DNA of 13,677 bases from Promethearchaeota archaeon. Lineage in GTDB: Archaea > Asgardarchaeota > Thorarchaeia > Thorarchaeales > Thorarchaeaceae. The position numbers and the translations under genes are program-made. Positions 6,875 to 13,677 of this stretch are shown here, piece after piece (position 1 is the stretch's first letter; each line of letters starts with the position of its first letter). The notes beneath the pieces are model-generated. The model was not told the origin of the DNA, made no database searches, and saw only the letters and a list, made by a program, of their open reading frames with translations. The stretch covers positions 1 to 13,677 of the forward strand of contig JALVPN010000103.1 of assembly GCA_027031765.1 (NCBI GenBank), read 5' to 3'.

Positions 6875-7909
6875 TCACTGCTGGAAAGAGGAGGTCTCCC
6901 GAGACCTCACACGACGCACCATCAGGAAAGTCACCAGCACAATCAGTGGTAGGCCTACCAAGGGCACGTAGAAGAGCAGTGGCGAAGTAGTGCTGGCTGG
7001 CGTAGCATCCGTTTCGTTGGTGGAACTCAACACGAACATCTCGACTACGCTGCCGACCCGTTCAAGGCTAGAAGCACTGCACTTATCGGGCGTGTCAGCC
7101 AGGGTGTGCCAGTAAGGTGGGAATGGGTTGTTCTGGATTATGTCTACGGCGGGCATCCCCGCGTCCAAGAAGGGAGTGTGGTCATCAATGACGTACGCAC
7201 CGAAGGAGTCGATGAATGTGGACGAGTAGCCAAGCTCTGCTGCAATTGACCACAAGTTGTCCTGCAGCGTTCTTGTGGAGCTCCGTTCCCGCAGGAACTG
7301 GGCCGATGAGTCACCGACCATGTCGAGGAGAATCATTGCATGGAGGCCGGCACGTCGTTCATCATCCAGTTGACCAACATAGTACGTCGAGCCAACAATC
7401 CACTCCCAACCATTGACCCCACCAGAGTCCTCCGCATCAAAGAACACAAGCTCTACATACTGGCGCGCAGCAACCGGGAGCACACGGGCCAACTCAAGCA
7501 GCACCGCCACACCGCTGGCACCATCATTGGCACCAAGTATTGGGTGTTGACGGTTGGCAGGGTCAGGGTCCTGGTCTGCAACTGGACGCGTGTCGTAGTG
7601 CGCCCCAAGCACTATACTGATGTTGGCCGCATCAGGTGAGCCACGGGCAATAATATTGGCGCAGGCCACGCCCCGGTAGGTGAAGTTCTGCAGCCGCACG
7701 TCCCATCCAAAGGACCCGAGTGTGCTCACGATATATTCGCGACATGAACTCAGGTTCGTAGAGCCAGGGGGGCGTGGGCCGAAGTCACACTGCTGCTGCA
7801 GGTACCCCATTGCTGTAGCACCATCAAATGACAACTGCACTGACCGCTGTGCCGGTTGTGCAAGTATCACAGACAACACGACTAACGAGAAGAGAAGACT
7901 CCTGTGCAA
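6875..7909 (-). CDS. Secreted, C-terminally membrane-anchored M28-family zinc protein, glutaminyl-peptide cyclotransferase (type II QC)-like, ~344 aa
   Basis: Motifs GPRPPGS, IVLGAHYDTR, GANDGASGVAVLLELAR, FFDAEDSG, LLDMVG, DDHTPF and PPYWHT.ADT. Hydrophobic signal-like N-terminus (TTG at 7909, GGAG 9 nt upstream; start uncertain). Ser/Thr linker, TM helix PLLFYVPLVGLPLIVLVTFLMV and basic tail RRVRSR at the C-terminus. Confidence 0.9.
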   Translation of the reverse strand: MHRSLLFSLVVLSVILAQPAQRSVQLSFDGATAMGYLQQQCDFGPRPPGSTNLSSCREYIVSTLGSFGWDVRLQNFTYRGVACANIIARGSPDAANISIVLGAHYDTRPVADQDPDPANRQHPILGANDGASGVAVLLELARVLPVAARQYVELVFFDAEDSGGVNGWEWIVGSTYYVGQLDDERRAGLHAMILLDMVGDSSAQFLRERSSTRTLQDNLWSIAAELGYSSTFIDSFGAYVIDDHTPFLDAGMPAVDIIQNNPFPPYWHTLADTPDKCSASSLERVGSVVEMFVLSSTNETDATPASTTSPLLFYVPLVGLPLIVLVTFLMVRRVRSRETSSFQQ

Positions 7910-7943
7910 CTGGATCAACTCCGGGAACGACTGTGCAGACCTA

Positions 7944-9170
7944 TCAAACTTTTGGATGCGCCGCGAGACGTTGCCGGACACTCGTGCGGACAAGAAATGG
8001 GATCTCACGGGGTAGCATCCGGAGGACTGTCACTGGGACTCTCGAGTAGTCGATTTCGCCCCGCGCCAACATTGCAAGGACTTCTGAGGACAGACGCAGC
8101 CGGGCGGCCCGCATGAGAACGGCCCTGACGAAACGTATGCCACGTCCTCCGACCCAGCCAGCCGTGCTGAAACCGGCGCCGAACTCCGCAGAGCAGAGCT
8201 CTTGGTACCGGGACAGGAATGCTGCATCGAACCGGCCAGCCTCAAAGGCGTCGGCTGCAACATGTGCAGCATGGACACCAGAACGCATGGCATATGCAAT
8301 TCCCTCCCCCATCATTGGGTCGACCCACCCAGCCGCATCACCGACCAAGATTATGTGGTCGGTCACGTTCGTGTTCTTGAGGCCCCAGCCACCAAGGAAG
8401 TGTGTACGTCTCTTCTCGGGGCGTAGTAACAGGCCACAGCGCCGTGCAGTCGTGGCCACAAACTCGTCAAAGACTGTCCGCAGTGGGTGCATATCGAGGG
8501 CGCCCCCGGCAACACCAATTGCCAGGTGCTCACGTTTTGGGAACACCCAACCGTAGCAGAGCCGGGTGGGGTGTGGTGCGACTTCGAGCACTGATGGGTC
8601 GTCCCCCATCGTCTTGAGGACACCAGACTCACCAACGTGGAAGTCGGCCTCCATGCCGATGCCTACACGCGTCAGGTCCTTACGTGGAGGACGCAGGCCC
8701 ACCGAGCGACCGACCGTGGTGTTGACGCCGTCTGCTGCAATCAGTAGTCGTGAGACGAACTCCCGTCCATCACTGAGACGCGCATGCACTGAGCCACCGG
8801 TGACCGACACATCGACCACTCGTGCCTGCTCCAAGAGTTCAGCCCCGGCACTCACCGCACGGCGGGCCAAGAACTCGTCAAACACAGACCGGAATACAGT
8901 GACCCCTAACAGACGTTGTGACCTGAACTCGGCGACCTCGTCGTCAGGGAACCTGAAGCGCATGCCGTAGATCTCGCGTTCCACAACTCGGCGGGGGAGT
9001 GTCCCGACCACCCTCAGACCACGATACATGACGGCGCCGCCACAGGGCTTGTCACGGGGCAGCGCAGCCTTCTCAAGCAGGAGCGTACGTAGACCAAGGC
9101 GTGCACAGTGGAATGCTGCGGCCGAGCCAGACGGGCCGGCCCCGACCACAACAACGTCGAAGTCGTGCAG
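7944..9170 (-). CDS. Geranylgeranyl reductase family FAD-dependent oxidoreductase (DGGGPL-reductase-like), ~408 aa
   Basis: FDVVVVGAGPSG (GxGxxG FAD motif), DKPCGG, LLIAADG, YGWVFPK and GDAAGWVDPMMGEGIAYAMRSG. The start is uncertain: CTG 9170 lies 6 nt after GAGGTG; alternatives are TTG 9176, GTG 9179 and ATG 9236. Confidence 0.92.
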   Translation of the reverse strand: MHDFDVVVVGAGPSGSAAAFHCARLGLRTLLLEKAALPRDKPCGGAVMYRGLRVVGTLPRRVVEREIYGMRFRFPDDEVAEFRSQRLLGVTVFRSVFDEFLARRAVSAGAELLEQARVVDVSVTGGSVHARLSDGREFVSRLLIAADGVNTTVGRSVGLRPPRKDLTRVGIGMEADFHVGESGVLKTMGDDPSVLEVAPHPTRLCYGWVFPKREHLAIGVAGGALDMHPLRTVFDEFVATTARRCGLLLRPEKRRTHFLGGWGLKNTNVTDHIILVGDAAGWVDPMMGEGIAYAMRSGVHAAHVAADAFEAGRFDAAFLSRYQELCSAEFGAGFSTAGWVGGRGIRFVRAVLMRAARLRLSSEVLAMLARGEIDYSRVPVTVLRMLPREIPFLVRTSVRQRLAAHPKV

Positions 9171-9270
9171 GATCAACACCTCAATTACACTGATACGTGG
9201 CGGACTGACGGCCGGATGACCGGTATCAGCGTACATAGGTCTGCCGGCTCAGAACCGAGTGGAAGTGCGA

Positions 9271-9912
9271 CTACATATCACGGCAGCCGGTACAACCGGC
9301 CCTGGGACGGACACCGACCCGTCGCATGAGCTTTCCCCCAGGCATCTCATCACGACCCCCATCAGGTACTGTGGACCCCTCAACCCGGATCTCGTGATGA
9401 CCAGTTACTTCGAACCCGTAGCTGAGAACTAGGAGCTTGGACGGTGTGTTCTCCTCGTAGACCTCGCAGTACACCTCTTCGACACCAGCATCTATGAAGA
9501 ACTCAGTGGCCCGCATTATCAGGGCGGTGGCAACACCACGTCTGCGCCGGGACGGGACGACGCACAGGGAAGTTATCTCACCATATACTGTATCACCTGT
9601 ATGTTCCACAAAACACGTGATGAAGCCGACGAGAGAGCCCCACATCTCAGCCACGAACATGCCCTCAAGGTCGAGCTCCTCGACCTGCTCCACTGTCACA
9701 GGACAGAAGGGGTCTGGTGAGGCGAGAAAGCACTGGTTATAGAGGGATACGAACTTGGGGATTTCATCACGCCGGAGACTGCGGACATGAATGTAGTCGG
9801 GGACGACCTTTCGGGCCCACCACTCCTCTGCAAGCCTCAGTGCTTCCTGTGCGTTGGCACGCATTATCAGATATGTGCGTACACGACCGCCCTCAGATTG
9901 TTGACGCTCCAA
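9271..9912 (-). CDS. GNAT-family N-acetyltransferase (RimI/MshD-like) with a C-terminal CxxC tail, ~213 aa
   Basis: Acetyl-CoA motif A (EITSLCVVPSRRRRGVATALI), motif B (VYCEVYEENTPSKLLVLSYGF) and FVAE..G.LVGF. TTG start at 9912 lies 7 nt after a perfect AGGAGGTG (9920-9927). Confidence 0.9.
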   Translation of the reverse strand: MERQQSEGGRVRTYLIMRANAQEALRLAEEWWARKVVPDYIHVRSLRRDEIPKFVSLYNQCFLASPDPFCPVTVEQVEELDLEGMFVAEMWGSLVGFITCFVEHTGDTVYGEITSLCVVPSRRRRGVATALIMRATEFFIDAGVEEVYCEVYEENTPSKLLVLSYGFEVTGHHEIRVEGSTVPDGGRDEMPGGKLMRRVGVRPRAGCTGCRDM

Positions 9913-9945
9913 ATGACAACACCTCCTCTTCACGGATGGCCCTGC

Positions 9946-10722
9946 TCACGGGCGCATGATGCGGTCAATGGCCCGAATGGCAGCCTCAATCTCAAGACCG
10001 ACAGCCTCGACCAGGCGCGGGTCCTGTTCGCCAGTCTGCTCGTCATCGACGCTCTGTTCGCCCTTCTGGTCGCTATGGAGGTTACCATCACACGCCAAGA
10101 TGGAAGCAGCATGGATGCCATGGGTGGTCGCGAATACAAAGAGGAGTGAGCTCTCCATCTCCACACACTTGACCCGTGCCCGTGTCCAGAGCCTGAGTGG
10201 GCCCTGCATGTCCCGCAGGTAGTACACATCGGTCGTCCAACAGACCCCCACATGTACACGATCCTCTGGGAGCAGTGCAGAGATCTCGTCGTGGAGCGCG
10301 GCACACCAGATGGGCGAGGCGACGGCGGGGTACTCGATGGGAGCATAGTTCAGACTCGTGCGCTCGTCACGGACGCAGGCGATGGGCACCACAACATCAC
10401 CAGTCTTGACAACCGGGTCGATGCCACCGCATGTGCCAATCCGGATAATGACCTCGGCCCCAAGACGCGCCAACTCCTCGATGCAGATGTGTGTCGAGGG
10501 GGAGCCGATGCCGGTACCAGAGACCGTGACCTGTATCCCACCGGGCGTGTGCCCCCGATAGGTGACAAACCCCCGGTAGCGGGCAACTTCCTCAGCATCT
10601 CTGAGGGCCGATGCAATCACCGGTACACGGTCGGGGTTCCCAGAGATGAGGACGATACGCTCAACATCACCCTCGCCAACTCTCAGGTGTGGTTGGACTC
10701 TACGTTTCAAGTATTCCACCAC
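9946..10722 (-). CDS. udp: Uridine phosphorylase-like nucleoside phosphorylase (NP-I / PNP_UDP_1 family), 258 aa
   Basis: GNPDRV, GTGIGSPS...IEEL, IIRIGTCGG, VRDERTSLNYAPIEYPAVA, TTDVYY and VEMESS match Udp-family motifs. Substrate specificity cannot be confirmed from sequence alone. Confidence 0.85.
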   Translation of the reverse strand: MVEYLKRRVQPHLRVGEGDVERIVLISGNPDRVPVIASALRDAEEVARYRGFVTYRGHTPGGIQVTVSGTGIGSPSTHICIEELARLGAEVIIRIGTCGGIDPVVKTGDVVVPIACVRDERTSLNYAPIEYPAVASPIWCAALHDEISALLPEDRVHVGVCWTTDVYYLRDMQGPLRLWTRARVKCVEMESSLLFVFATTHGIHAASILACDGNLHSDQKGEQSVDDEQTGEQDPRLVEAVGLEIEAAIRAIDRIMRP

Positions 10723-10755
10723 CAGCCAGACAACACTAGTAACGGGTCTACAGGG

Positions 10756-10763
10756 TAATAAAA
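10756..10763 (-). promoter_or_regulatory. Putative TATA box (TTTTATTA) for the udp-GNAT-GGR-M28 run
   Basis: Located 33 nt upstream of the GTG at 10722, which implies a very short leader, as is typical in archaea. Confidence 0.55.
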
Positions 10764-10869
10764 CGGCCGGCTTCTAGGCAGACAGGTGGACCAGCCACTG
10801 CTCATGCCATCTTGCCCCCGTACAGGGACGCAGAGTGGGCACAGGAGGACTTGGTGGGGGAACACAGTC

Positions 10870-12390
10870 CTAGTCTGGCATGAACCGTGTGAGGTCGAGA
10901 GCAACACGTGGCACAACCCATTTGCGCCTCTCACTGTTCCAGTAACGCACGATGTCGAGCATCGACTTGGAACCCTTTAGGCGGACAGTCATTATCGGCT
11001 GGACCGAATGGACTCCGGGCTCAGCCTCTAGTGAGCGGAACATCCGGTAGTACTCGACCTGCTGCTCACCGGGTACTTGAATCCAGACGACAAGACCCTT
11101 GTGGGACTCGAAGTGGACTGTTGAGGGGAGCAGTGGGAGTCTTTCTATGATGTGCCCACGCCAGTCGGGGTCACATATAATCTCGAAGCAGAAGTTTGTG
11201 GACAGGCCAAGTCCCCCGAATGACACGACAGGCGTCACGACCCGTTTCCGGTACAGCTTGTTGACCGACCGGGCTGCGCGTCGCTCTGAGACCTCAAGAC
11301 CACGCAGGCGAAGGAGGCGGTGTATCTCAACCGCTTGCATACGGGAGTTGACGCGCAGCTGCGAGGCCACAGCGAAGTCAATGACATCGAGGCCGCGCAG
11401 TGGGCCTGTACATGAGAGCCTGTGGACAGCAGTCACCTCAGCGGCTCCCGGGGGTGTGGCATCCATCAGGGCGGTCACATCACAGGGTAGTGCCCACTTG
11501 CCGTCTTCGAAGAGCTCCAGGTTCCAGCTTGCACCAAGTCCTCGTTGGAGGTGGAGAGTGTAGTTGTCGAAGACATCTGGCGCGAGAGAGTCGACCGACC
11601 GCATGAGCTCCGATACATTGACGACCGGGCCGGGGATGAGAAATGACACATAGCCAAGAGGGGAGAGGGATGTCTTTAGGATTCCCTTTGTGAACGGATA
11701 GTATGACAGCGCCTGTTCAAACCGCATCCACTGCTCCTCGTCTCGCACAGAGAAGAACAGGAGCACCGACTGCACATCGAAGCTTGACGTGTCAACAAGC
11801 GCTGTGAACCGCAGGGTATTCCGTTCGCGGAGGATATCCATGCGACGGCTCACGGCCTTGGCGCAGGCACCAACGGTCCGTCTAATCACCCCGGCGTGTA
11901 TGAGGGGCGCACGTACGAGTGCCTTCAACACTGCAAGAGTGAGCCTGTCGACCGGAGCCCCATCCGTCATGAACCCGAAGCTGTAGGCAGAACGGACAGA
12001 CTCTGTGGTAAAGAGGTCGTACTTCCTCAGTACACGGAGGTTCTCAAGGATGCGGTCACGGATGGACTCGCTGACCGGGTGAAGAGTGGGGTCTGTGGGG
12101 AAGCGTGAAAACTCAGGGTTGGACTTGAGGAGTTCAGCCTCACGCACAGCCTCCTCGAAAGTGAGCGTGCCAGCACACAGGGCAAGGTATATGCGTATTG
12201 CATCAAGGTAGAAACGGACGGAGGGCTCACTCACACAGGGGATCAGATTATCCCACGGTGTAGAGAATGCTGTATGGGAAGAACCTTCGCCCGCGCACAC
12301 GGCCTTGTCTCCCGGGTGGGAACATTCCCTCATTGAGGACTCTGCGTCGGACATCAGTCCGGCGTCTTGTAGACTGACTACACCCCCCAC
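10870..12390 (-). CDS. Double Lrp/AsnC-like regulator (unknown N-terminal domain + wHTH-RAM-wHTH-RAM), ~490-506 aa
   Basis: Two Lrp-type HTHs, VDRLTLAVLKALVRAPLIHAGVIRRTVGACAKAVSRRMDILRERNTLRFTALVDTSSFDV and LDVIDFAVASQLRVNSRMQAVEIHRLL...SERRAARSVNKLYRKRVV, each followed by a beta-alpha-beta-beta ferredoxin-like segment. The start may be ATG 12354 or 12333. Confidence 0.75.
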   Translation of the reverse strand: MGGVVSLQDAGLMSDAESSMRECSHPGDKAVCAGEGSSHTAFSTPWDNLIPCVSEPSVRFYLDAIRIYLALCAGTLTFEEAVREAELLKSNPEFSRFPTDPTLHPVSESIRDRILENLRVLRKYDLFTTESVRSAYSFGFMTDGAPVDRLTLAVLKALVRAPLIHAGVIRRTVGACAKAVSRRMDILRERNTLRFTALVDTSSFDVQSVLLFFSVRDEEQWMRFEQALSYYPFTKGILKTSLSPLGYVSFLIPGPVVNVSELMRSVDSLAPDVFDNYTLHLQRGLGASWNLELFEDGKWALPCDVTALMDATPPGAAEVTAVHRLSCTGPLRGLDVIDFAVASQLRVNSRMQAVEIHRLLRLRGLEVSERRAARSVNKLYRKRVVTPVVSFGGLGLSTNFCFEIICDPDWRGHIIERLPLLPSTVHFESHKGLVVWIQVPGEQQVEYYRMFRSLEAEPGVHSVQPIMTVRLKGSKSMLDIVRYWNSERRKWVVPRVALDLTRFMPD

Positions 12391-13436
12391 AAAACCTGCA
12401 CTAATCCTTTTCGCGTAAGGGACGGGTCAACGACCATTGTACAGTGAGGGATCCCCTTTCCAGCCAGTCGCCTCATGAGTCTGGACACTGTGAGCCAATT
12501 GGCCGTACTGGGGAGCGACAAGTCGAGGACTGTAAGGCCATCGCCAGAAACAATCCGGACCCGTGGCAGCAGCATTGCCTGGGCCTGCAGTGTACGTGAA
12601 ACAGGGGAGTCGGACGGCGCCCCCTCAAAGCATAACAGGAGCCTCTGAGTCAGACCGATACGACGAATGTCTGCAAATGGCTGTACTGCGACTGAACGGA
12701 GTCTGGCCAGGGCACGGCGCAAAGTGCGTTTCGACACTGGTGGAAGGCCAAGATGCACCAAGAGCCCGTGGACAGTCTTTGAACTGACGTGGTAGTCCGA
12801 CTCGAGCGCGGCCGCCGCAACAACCTCCTGTGGTTGTGGTTCTCGACAGCGGGTCTGTTCCACTGTGTTCGTCAGCATCGGGAGGACTTCGGCGTACCTG
12901 CCGGCGGCATCTGCCACAGCTTCCAGACGAAAACCATCATAGTGGGCCCAGCGAGTGCCGTCGAACCCACTGAGGTTGATGTGGTGACCGAGCAGGCGAG
13001 CAAGGTCGTACCTCAGACCAAAGCCATACGGCGGTTGTGAGAACCGTTCCAGCCGGGCAAGCCAAGTCTGGTGTTCAGAGCAAGGGACGACTGCCTCAAA
13101 GTAGACGCGGTCGTCACCGACTGAGGTCATCACCGACCTTGCGACCACGGTCGATGCAGGGACTGCGGATAGCCACCTCTCAAACTTTGTGAGCGTGGCG
13201 GAGGTGCCGGCAGAGAAGGCCCAGCCGAACACGAGCACGAAACCAACATGACCATAGTCGAGTGTGCTCGCCACGGCCAGTCTACCAGAACGCAGTAGTC
13301 TACGCCAGACCTGGTTGACCGCGGAACGGGTGACACGCAGCTCCCTGGCCAGTGCGCTCTGAGTGACCGATGGGTTGGCAGCCAGACGACGCAGAATCCT
13401 GAGCTCAAACTCTGAAACGGGACGTGGTGTGTTCAG
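12378..13436 (-). CDS. Double Lrp/AsnC-like regulator (wHTH-RAM-wHTH-RAM), ~352 aa, apparent CTG start
   Basis: The frame of the 12378-13274 ORF stays open upstream and encodes a clear HTH: LNTPRPVSEFELRILRRLAANPSVTQSALARELRVTRSAVNQVWRRLLRSGRLAVASTLDYGHVG. The second HTH is QEVVAAAALESDYHVSSKTVHGLL...VSKRTLRRALARLR. GAGGTG (13444-13449) sits 7 nt before CTG 13436. Confidence 0.75.
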   Translation of the reverse strand: MNTPRPVSEFELRILRRLAANPSVTQSALARELRVTRSAVNQVWRRLLRSGRLAVASTLDYGHVGFVLVFGWAFSAGTSATLTKFERWLSAVPASTVVARSVMTSVGDDRVYFEAVVPCSEHQTWLARLERFSQPPYGFGLRYDLARLLGHHINLSGFDGTRWAHYDGFRLEAVADAAGRYAEVLPMLTNTVEQTRCREPQPQEVVAAAALESDYHVSSKTVHGLLVHLGLPPVSKRTLRRALARLRSVAVQPFADIRRIGLTQRLLLCFEGAPSDSPVSRTLQAQAMLLPRVRIVSGDGLTVLDLSLPSTANWLTVSRLMRRLAGKGIPHCTMVVDPSLTRKGLVQVLWGV

Positions 13437-13443
13437 GAGTGTT

Positions 13444-13452
13444 CACCTCACC
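13444..13452 (-). promoter_or_regulatory. Strong Shine-Dalgarno site (GGTGAGGTG)
   Basis: Complementary to the usual archaeal 16S 3' tail. Its spacing to CTG 13436 matches that of the AGGAGGTG site to TTG 9912 in the GNAT gene. Confidence 0.7.
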
Positions 13453-13677
13453 TGTGGCCAGATGTTAAGCAGAGAGCAACGAAAAGGTCCATCGAGCACA
13501 ACCCCGGTTTCCATACGCACTCTTGTGGGCGCACAGGACATCAGGAGGGGCCCTACGGTGGCCCTCAGGCATGTTCGGATAGGCATCTACCTTATAATTG
13601 ACATCATCAGTATTGTCGTGAGGTAGAATCTGTGGCCTTCTGGTCCAGTCCCGGTTGACCGTTCACCGTTGCACGGT

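Noticed and set aside
5907-10793. Shared 12-mer ACAGGTGGACCA in two intergenic regions (5907-5918, 10782-10793)
   Set aside because: Several 12-mer matches are expected by chance at this window size, and the positions relative to genes are not equivalent.
13443-13586. Selenocysteine or readthrough at the TGA upstream of the second Lrp-like gene
   Set aside because: The upstream in-frame peptide (MPIRTCLRATVGPLL...) has no recognisable homology, and the TGA is explained as part of the GGTGAGGTG SD site.
13652-13677. ACCGT-TGC-ACGGT palindrome and ACCGTT repeats at the window edge
   Set aside because: Short and truncated by the window boundary, so there is no context to assign a function.

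Overview
Archaeal genomic window. The gene content (tandem Lrp-like pair, stand-alone WD40, MNT-HEPN-like protein) suggests an Asgard archaeon, possibly Thorarchaeia; that assignment is inference, not a search result. Bases 1-~2168 are the 5' ~70% of an intron-free 23S rRNA gene on the minus strand. It has a structured leader and its own TATA box, with no 16S or tRNA upstream, so it is unlinked. Upstream of it lies a bacterial-type RNase PH gene. On the plus strand are a nucleotidyltransferase fused to two HEPN-like domains, a perfect 77-bp tandem duplication (likely an assembly artefact), and a TnpB/Cas12f-like protein that ends just before the RuvC domain. The rest is a minus-strand run: two paralogous double-Lrp/AsnC (wHTH-RAM x2) proteins, a uridine/nucleoside phosphorylase, a GNAT, a geranylgeranyl-reductase-family flavoprotein, a membrane-anchored M28/glutaminyl-cyclase-like protein and a WD40 propeller. 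The best leads are the RuvC-less TnpB derivative, the single-chain MNT-HEPN-HEPN next to it, the bacterial rph beside the solitary 23S, the double-Lrp pair, and apparent CTG start codons behind strong Shine-Dalgarno sites.
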